This document shows positions 1 to 12,805 of a stretch of DNA of 64,000 nucleotides, in pieces. This DNA comes from Balanoglossus misakiensis (lineage: Eukaryota; Animalia; Hemichordata). The notes under the pieces are model-generated. The model saw only the letters and a program-made list of their open reading frames with translations, did not search any database and was not told the origin of the DNA. Every line of letters starts with the position of its first letter. The first letter of the stretch is position 1. Where the stretch lies: assembly GCA_040954595.2 (NCBI GenBank), contig CM082578.2:14476304-14540303 (forward strand), in the 5' to 3' direction. The translations under genes and the position numbers were made by a program.

Positions 1-2723
1 TATTCCAATCGCGAGACACATTAAAATCTGAGGCAAATGGGTTTCGTGGATTTTATGGATTAGTGTAATCACTGCAGACTTCCTAAGTACCTGCTGAATG
101 AGGCTCAGATTAGCCTAATAGTTGTAGATTAGCCGGTAGGCGTCACGTGCACAGGCGACCATGGTGGTCTGAGAGAATCATGGGCCTTAGATACGTAAAT
201 CCTGGAGAAATGTGTGATTGATTGGAGACGCATACAAATCTCAACTTTGTAAGGGATGAAACAAAATTTCCTGCACGTACGGGGTAACATCAAAACATGT
301 AGTTGAACATCAACATTTCACACCAAAGGCACTTATCGGTGGGTATACAATACACTGTTCGCTGGCGGAACTGTCACTTTTGGCATCAAATGCGGGATCA
401 AAGGTTTTAGACAAATATTTTATAGATGTCTGTTTTCTTGGTGACATAAAGTACACGTTCTAAACGTGGATTTACAGTGTGTGAAATGTGCACATACACA
501 TCTACTCAATTTTAGGATGACCGATATCCCATATAACTTTCCTACAAAGCTTGTTTGGTCAAAACCAGGGTCAACCGCAAAGATATTGATACCTTTATTG
601 GAACCCAAGAGTCGGTTGAATCATGAGAAAGAAAGAAACAAATGCGCCTTAAAAGTGAATTTAAGATCTTCTCGAAAACAAAAAATCTTATTTTCAATGT
701 TTGATTTCGATATCCCGAGGAAATGTAAGACGTTTCCTTCAGGTGAAATGAATGATTTATATGATTCGGTTGCTTTTATCAGCAATGTTATTCCGTTCAC
801 TTGCCCATCGAATGAGAGCGCCGCAAGCAATATTTTTTTGTCTGCTAATCCACGGAGCTGATATGGAAAAGAGTCTGCGCATCATGATGGAAACTTGTCT
901 TTTTGAGAGCAACATCTTACAAACATTTGTCTGGTCCAAAATAAAGCCTCAAACTGATCGATATCTGTACTGAATATGACAAATCAGAAGACGCGATTAC
1001 CTCTAAAATTTAGCACAAGAAAGGTTCATGCACAACCATAGTAATTGTACCTTATATTACACTGCGTAGAAACACTGTTTAATGTTCACCGTGTGTTTGT
1101 ATCGATGTCTTTTCGTCACTGAAATCCCATCCCCTTGTGAGTAATGTACCAGCATAAACATTTCATCGGTGGATTTGCCGAAAACTGGGTCATCGAAGCT
1201 GATCAGCCAAGGAATCACGTCCCGCTAATAAATCTTTCAGGTACCTTGCTCATATTTTGATCAACTGATGGATTGGCTGAGCATTTCCCGTAGTTTGGGG
1301 CATGTATACGAAACTGCATGAATTTTTTATACCTCCAGCAACCAAATGGGTTATTCAATAATAAAAAAATCTCTGCAGTAAATCTATTATGTTAAATTGC
1401 AAGCAGACAGTGCAACTGCGAATATCTGTGCAAGTTAACACTAGACATGGTCAGAAAGAACTATAGGTACATCTCAAATTAATTAAGCATTTTCTGGCAA
1501 CTTGTCGCCTTTTAGTGAGTCGTGGATTCTCCAGTACTATAGTGCTGGCGTGTGTTCGGTTTTGGCCTTGTCCCCACGGACCGAGTACGGGGGGGACATA
1601 TGGGTTTCCTCTCGCCCGTTGGTGTATACGTCCCCCATCGTGTCCACAAGGTTCGAAAATCCAAACACTTTGACTTGGAAGCGGGTACGATTAGACAGTA
1701 CATTGAGTTTGAATGACTGGGTTCAGGTCTTAATCATTTGCATATTGATAACAACCACCTGGTATTTACTATTTGGGTGAAGTTGATTGACCTAGCAGTG
1801 CAGTGAACTTACAAGCAAGTGCAGTATAGAAATTTAAATACTCGGGTCAAGCAGACCAATCAGTTTGGCGGTTGTGACTATGTTGCCAGGTGGACCAACA
1901 GCTCGCTCTGGCTAGCTTTGTCCGTTTTTTGCCAGTGGCTTGCGGTTCACAACTATCTGGGAGAGCGTACACGACAGAACCCCGCCCGTTTCTGCGTCAT
2001 TCCAATCTATTGGCTACCAGACGACCAAATCCGACAATTTCCAGTCATGAAGGATAGCCACTGTCAACTCTTCAGCACTACCTGCCTGCTCGTCGCATCC
2101 CACCGAGCAAGACCTACGCACGACTCCCCTACGGCATTTTACAAGGCAAGGCATGGCAAGGCAAGGCAATTATAGGTATTTGACTAAGATCACTTTTAGG
2201 TTGGGGATAAATTATGTCGCATGCAGTTGTACCATATATCTTGACCATTCTGTGACACCTAGTACTAAGATAACCAACAAGCCAATATGTGTATAATAAT
2301 TAGCATTGCCATTTAGTCTATATGTACAGAGCAGTTTTGTAAAAGTGACATCATACGAGCGCTACAGTGACTTCTGCCGCTGCTTACCGATGACTTCGTC
2401 ATCGACAATAGCGTGTATACTATGAGAGCGATCCGGTCTCTGTGTACTACGTACTGGGACCCAGGAGTGTTCTAGTTATGGACTCGGTCTAAGGCGAAGA
2501 TAAAGAATGCAGCTATCTCCCCGACAGAGATAGCAAGTTGACATTTTCATGTCTCTTACATCAGGAACCCTTATCTAAACACCACAAGAGCCGGCGAATC
2601 GCATCGCGATCAGCACACTTGTGATTTACAACTGTTCGAACCCTTCTGAGTTTGTGGACTATGATCACTGCGCATCTCTGGCGACTGAGATACACATTTC
2701 GTTGTAAACATTAACGGCTGAAA

Positions 2724-5700
2724 ATGACTTACGACAAAACATCACAAAACGACACCGAGTCCCTGGAGAAGCGTGAACATGGTTGCTATGTGAAAAAGAG
2801 TACGGTCTACGTTCTGTGCATTGTGTTCATTTTGGTCATAGTTGGCGTGGCGTGTCTCTTTTATTTTCTGCCCGGCCGCTGTACATGCGATAGCACCGAA
2901 GACGGTGTGGACGACGGTCTTCCCCCTCAACCAGAGGACACGCCGACTCCACCGGACCTGGGGGAATACGATGGCCGGCTCCCTGACACGCTTGATCCAC
3001 TGCACTACTGGCTAAAGCTAAAAGTCTATCTGGACGTCCTTGACGGCTTCAGACGTTTCGAATTCGACGGCCAGGTGAACATAACGCTTCTCTGCAAGAA
3101 ATCTACCAACACAATAACGCTGCACCATCGAATGATAGATATCGATAACAGTTCAATCTCGGTAACCAAGGTGACGAGTGGCCAACAATTGACAGTATCG
3201 AAGATCGACACATCTGAAGTCCGCTATGAGTTCCTCACGATCGAAACTAAGGAAACCTTAGAAGAGAATGAAACATACCTGTTGAAAATCAGCTTTGTTG
3301 GATATCTCTCAGACACTGTCTATAATGGCTTCTATAGAAGTTATTATGACGTAGATACGGAAACAGGGACCGAAAGAAGGTAAGAGTTTATAAATTTCTT
3401 AAAGAAATTAGTGTCAAAGTTTTTATCTGGAGCTTATCATATTCAAATCTTATTCCCCTTCAGTATGTAGAACTCCGAACAATGTTTCCCTTGTTCATGT
3501 TTTTGTACTGCCAGCATTATAAGGTGTACGTCAAGCAGATTGTTGAGAGACCGTGTCTAGGCATTTAATTGCCCCTTTAGGGATTTAACAAAGCTGTCTT
3601 ATCTTATCTCGTCTTTTGTATATGGGACACTGGACATGTCTTCAATATTAACTCCTTTCAGAGGCACGGGTAGACCAAAAATTTCAGATGGTGTCCATCC
3701 CTTGCCTCCTGGATGTTCCAAGCAGAAATTCCTTTTAGTTCAGGTGCTTATTTGCATTGGAATAATTTATGTTTATCGATATCTGTTGTATGAAATATGC
3801 AAACGCACAATTATCAGCTGATGAGATAGACTGCTCTTCTTGTGCCGGGTTCAGTTGTGTGTTTATGATTGGCTACTGACACCCTTCATCAGTCGAACCA
3901 ATACCATTTACCTCCTACATACATGTATGAATCTGGTCGTGTCAAACAAAGTTCCTCGAGCAAAGTTGTCAGTATGAAGAGAAACTCCTTTCCATCTGTC
4001 AGTGGTTGGTAATAGTATTCCAACACATCGTTGCTATTGATAGCCGCAGAGCCAAGGGGTTATACAACATTTCGGCAAAATTTATTGAACAGAGCAAGGA
4101 GCAGATTAAATAGATCATTAATCCCTGTCATTTATCCATTGATTTATAACTGGTTAATTTTGACTCTTAACGTTTATTAAAATTAAAATAGTGGCTGGCT
4201 AGTTTCTACTTAGGAACAAAGGTAACCAGGGTGTTTGTATCTGCCAGCGGAAGTTAGTTTTGAAACGGGCAAAGTTTGAGTAAATAGCTGAATATGTCAT
4301 CCTGTAATATGTGTACGTTTAGGTTCACGAGGCACAGATACACCCAAACATCCTAGACAAGTGAACCGGCAAAAATTATCTGATTGGTTTCTAGTATGGA
4401 AGATCTACAATGTGATATGCAATATACCCTGTAATCTATATGTTCGTTTTTTGGATAAATTCAAAGATATGGTTCCCCGAGTGAAATCCCGAGTCCCTTG
4501 ACGTGGAAATTTATGGTCCCGTTCGCTCCTCACAATACAAGAAACAATGTTCATAATAAACGCAGAGTTTGTTTAAAAAGCCGCCATCTACTTGATGGCC
4601 ATATACTTTAACGATCATCCAGCATCATCCTATGTTTTAGGACATAAACCATTCTCTAACTAGTGAAAGAAACTATCTCTACAGAATTGACGAACCTTGT
4701 CGACACCATGATTAAATTTTTTCCGTGAAATATCGAATGGCACACAGAAAGTATATACATGCAGTTATATTGAAGTTAACTTGTAGTTATGTCTCGAAGT
4801 CTCATACATAAAGAGCGCAGTAGTTGGCAGAGAATGATGGTATCGCAGTGGATAACCCTCAGATTGATTTACAAAAAGTTCGTCGCTGTTTACATAAACT
4901 TGTTGATCTTGAGGTCAAACTGCCTGGACTCGCATAAATTGTCAGTCTAATTCTGGATTGTAGACGTTTTTAAATGCTGTCCTCATCACTTCACATTCCC
5001 CATAACGCGAAAAACCTGCGTCGTTTCCAAGTACTAGTATGTGTGATTCTGTATTCTTTCTTATGCAAAGAAAATCATGAAAAATTTGCTTTTGATTGGT
5101 TTTGAAAATTATCCGTAGCAACCGTTTCCTGTGAATTTGAATCCATTCTTAAAGTACCCAAATTCACTTCTCTTTTTCAGATGGTTGGCAACTACACAAT
5201 TTCAGACCGCGGCTGCGCGGAAAGCGTTTCCGTGCTTCGACGAGCCGCACTTGAAATCTACTTTCGATGTCATTCTCGTCCACCGACCATCCCGCTCCGC
5301 ACAATCTAACATGGAGGAGGTCCTGAAGATCGGTGACGGAACCTGGAACGAGACCCATTATAACACCAGCGTCCGCATGTCAACATATTTGGTTGCATTT
5401 CTCGTGAGCGACTTCGAACACTTGGAGATGTACACGCCTAAGGGGGTTCTGGTATGTGCACACTCGCTCAACATGTATGCAAGAGATTTGTAAATTACAA
5501 GTACATTTTATACAGAAGTCCCTGTAAATGGACATAACTCAATGACATGTACACAAATACTCCCACCGTTTAATTTATGGTCATGTCAAAAATTGTTTTG
5601 TAGTGGTATTCAAGTGCTACGCCAATTTCCAGCGTGTTAGCATCAGCAATTTCAATTTAAAGAATTTAAACATATCCAAAGATTATTTTGCTTTGTAGGC

Positions 5701-8700
5701 GTACATCTCATTTTGAAGGCACAGCATCTAACGAGAAGTTGCCGGCGGATTAACTTGTTTTTGTTATTTTCTATTGAGTTCCGAGTTTGGGCGAGACCAG
5801 AGTACATCAATGCTGCTAACTACTCCATGTACGCAGGTTCGGAGATGTTGACGTCATTCGGAGAAATGTTCGAGCAACCATACCCACTTGCGAAAATGGG
5901 TAAGTTTTGCGAGACTTCTCGTCCTCCGCTGCATACCATATGGAACAGTAATTTCGTCTTGTGGATCACTCACCTTCTATTCTCATGTACAATTCTTTTT
6001 TTTTCATATTCGCGAAGATATGGCCGCCATCCCACAGTTTAGCGCAGGTGCAATGGAAAACTGGGGTTTAGTTTTGTACCGCGAATCTGCTATGTTGTAC
6101 GATGCAGAGATCCACGATCCGGACAGACGAGGAACTGTTGCGTCATACGTAGCGCATGAACTTGCTCACATGGTAATCACACATACAATGCTTTCTCCAT
6201 CCGAAATTTTTGTCGGTGAAAACTAAATCTTTTTATTACATGCTATTTGGTACAAGGACTATGTATGTACGGATGTTTGCGACACGATCCAATACGGTCG
6301 AAGTAGTTGGTTCCCATCAGAGAGTTTGCATTTTGCTTTCGTGTTCACTCGAATCTGTTTTTGTCAGCATCGATGTCCTCATCAATAAAACGTTGCTATT
6401 TATCCACACACAGTGGTTCGGTAACCTAGTAACCATGGCTTGGTGGGACCACCTCTGGCTGAATGAGGGATTTGCAACTTTTGGCGAATACTTCGGAACC
6501 GATATGGTGGAGCCAGAGTGGCGAACGGTAAATTGTGTTTTCTTTTACTTCAGTACGACTAGACCAGTTGGACAAAGTTTGCGAAGTTATCAAATAGGAC
6601 GAAGGAGCAGTAAGATGGTTATTCCAACTGATTCTACTAATTTACTAGCTACATCAGTCCATACAAGAAATTGTTCCAGAAGATAACAGTGCATCGCACT
6701 CACCAGAAACACCAATAATACTCACAAACAATATCCCTAAAGTTACAGTGACATCGGTTGTACATGTTTGTTGCAGTGGGACTGGATATTACGAGGAGCT
6801 ATGTACTACGCGCTTCTTGATGATTCCGTCTCAAGTACATCCAAACCTCTCGTCAGAGAGACCGGCTGGCTTCTCGAAGCAAACCTGATGTTCGACACTA
6901 TGTCTTATTCGAAGGTAAACACATACTTTGGGCATTCAATCCATCCATCATGAACAAATTCACATTTGCAAATAATTCACAGTATTTAAACAAATCTTAG
7001 CTAAGCCCGCGGTTCATGATTACTGTCTGTTTTAATAGGGCGGTTGCGTACTTCGCCAGCTGTATTCTTTCCTTGAACGTGATGTCATCGAGAATGCAAT
7101 CAAGCAATACCTTGAAATACATAAGTATGGAAATGTTGTAACAGATGACCTCTGGGAAGTACTCACTGAAGTAAGTTCATTTGTTGGTGTATGCATCTTA
7201 ATATAGTTATCGCATATTGTAGCATATTTATATTTTATATCAAAGGGCCGCAAAGTTATTTGTTTCTACTACTTAAAACGGTATTTAGCAGTTACTCGCC
7301 ACACAGTGTGGAAACATCCATTCAATATTATCATGTACAAGTAGCCGATTCTCCGAGGTAAACCACGAATCTACCCCATTCACAAGCTAGGCGACTCAAG
7401 TATTTACACTAGATCCTTTACTATGATTTTTCCCCCTCATGAACAAGGCTGATCGGGGACACGGAAACACAAACGTCAAACTTGTGATGGACACGTGGAC
7501 ACTGCAACCTGGTTATCCGCTTGTGACTGTCGATCGATCAACACCAGAGGTCGCTCTTCTCTCTCAGGAACGGTACTTCAGTGACGTCAACGACGACCAT
7601 TCCGATCAGTGGCCAAATCTTGGGTAAGTGGTCGCTCTTCTAACTTTTATTACGGAAGGGATGGTCGAATGACTTTCTGGTCGATCTGCTAAATAGTGAC
7701 TCTCCCCGAAAGCGCGCCGGTAAATGGCTTACATACCTGTAGTGTTTCATCCTGTTGTGATCTTTGACAGGTACAAGTGGTACATTCCCGTCACGTACAC
7801 TGATGGTGATAACTGGAAGGAGGGACTAACCAATCCAAAGAAAATATGGATGAACCGTGGTTCGGGTAAGCAGAATTTATTAGTCGCTGGAGAATCTGAA
7901 AACAGTAACCGATGAAAGCTGTTTCCCTGGAACTGTATCTGCAAGTGTCGCATTGAATGTAAAGTTCGCCTCAAAGTATGAAATATGGTAGATCTCCAGG
8001 AACGCTGCAGAAGTCACACATTTCTCTCTCTTTCTCTTTCTCAAAAACTGGAAAATATTTCTGTTGCCTCAATATCTGCATGGCTTTACTTTGCGGGCAA
8101 TAGTTTGAAAAATCGTTTAATCGGACATGTTTTTCATTCGTGGCTTCAAACAAAGAAAGAGCACGGTAACTATAGTGGTGTAGCTGTGGAAACTCAGCTA
8201 TGGGGCGATATGATAATATGCTAATTTCGTGGGGTGACGAAATTAGCATATCGCATCTACCATACAGCTGCGTTTCCACACCTACTGCAACCTGGAATCA
8301 TTTGCATCTACTGAAATATGAATATTTTAAAGTCAAATTTTGCGCCAACATGGATTAAACAATTGGTGTTTTCGATCGAATATTTCATTCACTTAGATAA
8401 ATTTATGTCTTTAATTCATTTTAGCTGAAATTGATCTGAGTGACATCAGCAAAGACACATGGTTCCTGGCCAACGTCAACAAAACAGGATTCTTTCGTGT
8501 GACCTACGACGATAGCAACTGGAATAGATTAGCGGAACAGCTGAAAGCAGATCACAATGTAAGGCCTGGACGGTTATCTGTCAACACAAGGTGTATAATC
8601 AGAGAATACTTCACGTCTTTCAATGTCCCAAATGTATTTCATTGGCAAAGAAGTAGCACTTAACGTTATTTTAATAGCATTCTTTTATTCACCAGATGTT

Positions 8701-11016
8701 TGTATCATTGTTATGCAATTGCTATAAGCTTACTGTGGACAAGGTACATACCCTTGTGTTTTTCCCTCAAGGGTCTGTACTGGAACAAGTATAGAACAAG
8801 CTGTTTATCACCAAGGAAATTATTAATCAAGTTTCCATTCCTACAGGTGTTTTCTTCACAGACAAGGGCGTCGCTACTGGACGATGCATTCACAGTATCT
8901 GAGACATTACACACAAACCACGTCAACGCTCTAAAGCTGTCAGAATATCTGCGCAATGAGAAGGAATACGTTCCGTGGGAACTCGTCGTCAGAGTTTTAC
9001 CGTTTACTGATCGGATGCTGTTGAGAACCGCCGAGTATGGTATGCATGAGGTACGGTTTTATACAATATACATGAAACTCTTGTAGGTCAACAACAGCCA
9101 CGAGTTCATAGCTGGGTATACGGGGATTACGATTACACCAGTTCTAACTTCAGATGTGCAATTTCCCCCCAAGAATCACAAAGTTTCCTCTAAAACTAAA
9201 ACACGCAATATCGGGTCATATGATATGTTTCCAATTGATGATCGAGTGACTTCAAATCCCTTTGTAGAATTACTGGCGATATTTGGTGTCTCCACTCTAT
9301 GAGCATTTGGGATGGAACTTTGAGGACAGTTATGCCTTGGATTAGTAAGTATATGTACTTTAAACTTGATTTAAAAGTGATTGGTGATAGATATTGTTAT
9401 TTCCCATGCAGATACCCCCGCTACTGATCATTGTCGTCAACATCTAGGAAGTGCGCCCTCTACTGATTGCAAGATTACAAACACAAATACATTCGACTTT
9501 GGTTTATACTACTCCCATACCCGGGCAACTTGAAAAGCTTGTAACAGTGTTGCAAAAATCTTATCAGTAACATGACAAATCATCAGTTGTGTTGATTTTC
9601 AGTTTTCACAGAGAGATAGCTATAGAGACAGCGTGCAATTACAATTACGAAAATTGTACTGATCGTGCTGTACTGCTATTCGACCAGTGGATGCGGTTAC
9701 CAGAAAATAATTCGTAAGTACGCAGGGAAAATGCTGAATGCGATCTTTAAAAATGCATGGTGGGACCATACAAATGCCACTTATTTAACGTCATTGCTGT
9801 AACTTGATACGAATAGTTCGCGTCACTTACCTGAGTAGCAGAATGATAACATGCAGGCTGTTTCCAAATCCCTTGTTAACTTCCAATTGACAGAATTCCA
9901 GAAGAAGTGAAGGAAGAAACGTACTGTGCCGCGATCCGGCACGGTGGATTAAAGGAGTGGGAATTTTCATTCCAACAAGCGAAGAACAACGACAGCACTG
10001 AACGGAGTCTGTTGGAATCAGCGATGGGGTGCACCAAAGACACATGGCTTTTGCAAAGGTTTGTGACTCAGTGTACAAATTGGGTAGTATTGATAAGTAG
10101 TGTGTCTGTCTTTTCTACTATATTATGAGTCTCTTACGGTGGCACACATTATTGTTTACTAAATTAATGATTTTATTTTTATTTGATAAGGTATTTGGAT
10201 GACTACCACGCCAATGATGATGCACCAACCGCAATTCAGAGCTGTCGGGACAAGTCTAGCCAAGGATACTCTACAGCTTGGACATTTACCATGAATAATT
10301 TTGACTCTCTTGTGGAAAGGTTAGTTAAAACAATAAACCTTGGCTTCCGTGGAACACTAGTATTCATATTCCCACTGTAGTAGAGAGTAGAGAGAGAGAG
10401 TCTTTTTGAATGACATTGTTGTGTCAACGCATGAACCTGTCATTGTGTTTTACTGTAACAACATTGAAGAAAGTTTTTTGTTAAAACGGTCACTCAAACT
10501 TCTTCCTGTTTATACAGGTATAATTTGACTGCTTACTCCTTAGTCTGGGGATTCACTCCTTGGATGAACACCGATCAAGACTTGGAACAGGTAAGTGTCA
10601 GCAATTTGAGACGTAATATTTATTTATAAGTACCACTTGCCCAAATATACAATCCATACTGCAGATATGTGTACCAGCAACTTGTTCTGATACACAGGCT
10701 GCACAAGTCTCAATGTTTGTTTTTGTGGTTTAATTTTCACTATTCCAATGAAAAAGATAATGTGATGTACCAAGACTTTATTCTAAAACTGTGCTACAGA
10801 GAAATACACAAGCTTACAAATTCCATCATATTTATTTCATTCCCACAGTTGTTGCAGTTTGGGCGCAAATACAATGATATGCCCGAATCAGCAGCCAGTG
10901 GATTTTACAGGGCCATTGAGAGAGTTGAAACGAATATCGCATGGATGGAGAGAAACTATGTCAGTGTAAAACACTGGCTGAGAGAAATTACGGATAGTAT
11001 AGGGATTGTTGCCTAG
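2724..11016 (+). CDS. Aminopeptidase N-like M1 zinc metallopeptidase, type II membrane protein, 17 coding exons, about 972 aa
   Basis: Exons joined in frame with GT-AG introns: 2724-3379, 5181-5451, 5779-5899, 6018-6172, 6414-6527, 6777-6914, 7039-7170, 7448-7623, 7771-7865, 8425-8558, 8847-9050, 9268-9344, 9603-9713, 9894-10058, 10191-10319, 10518-10590, 10849-11016 (2919 nt). N-terminal TM anchor ([22 protein letters not shown]), RLP start of the ectodomain, [42 protein letters not shown] (HExxH-x18-E), catalytic Tyr in [20 protein letters not shown], and an ERAP1_C-like tail ending [14 protein letters not shown] near 11133. Exact paralogue (ANPEP/TRHDE/LVRN-type) not resolvable. Confidence 0.95.
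8180..8285. repeat. Long imperfect palindrome (MITE remnant or hairpin) in aminopeptidase intron 9
   Basis: Perfect 15-bp stem atatgctaatttcgt (8216-8230) / acgaaattagcatat (8237-8251) with a 6-nt loop, extended by the arms gtagctgtggaaactcagct / agctgcgtttccacacctac. Confidence 0.7.
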
Positions 11017-11906
11017 TTGTGGATTTTTTTTGTTTTGACTGAGTAGAAGAAAATTGAATCTAGTCCAGGGGATTGAAACTTTTATGAAATTTTCACCTCT
11101 AGAAATGTCCCTTTATTATATGTTGTCTCCAAAATAAAACAAGGAAAGGATCACGTGGGCGGCATTTTATGAATGTTTTTGCTGTTTCACTTGACAGGGC
11201 GTTTGTGTGTTACCATGCAATGCATGGAATGTATTATCTGTGGTGGCATCACCAGTTTTTAGAAGGTGAGGGCGCACTCTCTTTAAAGAATGTCAACGTG
11301 ATGAAGCGAAAGTTGCTTTGATTTCTTGGCGGTGGCTAGTGTATTGAACTTTGCGGGGATTTTCGATGTTTTGGCGTTGACTGAAACTTCCAAATCACTG
11401 CATTATTCGATTAAACAAATTAAGCTTACACACGCCAAATAATGTACAGTAAAAACTGTAAGTTAAATAGCCCTCTAGTATAGCCTTGAACGAGGGTACG
11501 CCCGATTCTCTTCATCACTTGAGAAGTGTTGATGTTTTTGCTATGTTTTGAAATGGAGCCTCCGTAAGAATGTCTTTTCTAGTGCCAATAGCACGGCTTG
11601 GCGAAAGAAACCATCGATAGATTGGTGAGCGAACATATAATTTATATCGAAGTTGCCTTGGCAAGGCCCTGGGAAGCTTCCTAGAACTTCCCCTATCGTT
11701 CAATGTTTCGTATGCTACGGAAGGCATAGCGCCATGTCAGAAGAAGACTGGCTGTATATTCAACAAGTCAACACGAGGAGGACGAACAGAAAGAGCGCAT
11801 CTGGAAACACTAAGAAACGATGCAATGAAAAGCATTCTCAGTGATTCCGCCTCTGGAACCACATGGCAAGACATCGCAATGATTTAAAAAGGTGAGCAGT
11901 CAAAAA

Positions 11907-11975
11907 TAGCCCTGCGTACAGGTCTGTGTATCCCCACGGCGTTACAGGGCTTTCACGGATATGTAGGCAGGGCTA
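11907..11975. mobile_element. 69-bp miniature TIR element with a probable 9-bp TSD
   Basis: Ends tagccctgcgtaca ... tgtaggcagggcta are inverted repeats (1 mismatch). Flanks agtcaaaaa (11898-11906) and agtcaacaa (11976-11984) match at 8 of 9 positions. Confidence 0.6.
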
Positions 11976-12033
11976 AGTCAACAATGAAAAACCGCTTCTC
12001 ATCCCCGATTTTGTTGACTGTCATCGACGCTGT

Positions 12034-12460
12034 CAGTAAAATAACATCTAACACTTTTATAATACAATCTGTGGTTTAAATATGACCCTTTCCACATATA
12101 TCAGTAAAATAACATCTGACAATTCAGGAATACAATGTGTTGTTAAAATCAATACCCTTTTGCACATCTACCAGTTAAACTAAAATAGCACTAACATTTA
12201 CTTCTGGAATACAATATGTGGTTTATATATTACGCTTTTCACATCTACTAGTAAAATAACTTCTGGAATACAATCTGTGGTTTAAATTTTACCCTTTCCA
12301 CATATACCAGTAAAATAACATCTGACAATTCAGGAATACAATGTGTTATACTACCCCTTTGCACATCTATGATAACATCTAACACTTCTATAATACAATC
12401 TGTGGTTTAAAATATCACTCTTTTAACAGCTACCAGTAAAATAACAGTTCAGGAATACAG
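12034..12460. repeat. Degenerate AT-rich minisatellite, about 7 units of roughly 60-75 bp
   Basis: Recurring cagtaaaataacatct...(gg/ta)aatacaat(c/g)tgtggtttaaa...cccttt(c/g)cacat(a/c)tac, with units starting near 12034, 12102, 12172, 12249, 12308, 12371 and 12434. Confidence 0.85.
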
Positions 12461-12805
12461 CTATTAAGTTGCCAAGGTTAGAGTCCTTTAACATGCAAAT
12501 AGCAAAAGTATCTACAACATTTCAAAAATGAAGACCAAACAGTTTCAGAAAAGTTCCAAATATAGTAATTGAAGGATCCCTCGCTGAGTGTGTCAGCTAA
12601 AATGACTAATAGTTTTTAACAAGCATTGCTTGGAATTCAGATGAGCTGAGTTGCAAAACCAAATGTTACTTAAAGTTTAGAATCCTGGGCAGAAAAACGA
12701 TAATCATCAATTGTGTTTTATGATTTTACAAATTGTTAATTTCTTCTGCATTTACTCATTGTATCTCTATCTTTACATCCCCACTTATTGGTACGCATAC
12801 ATGTA

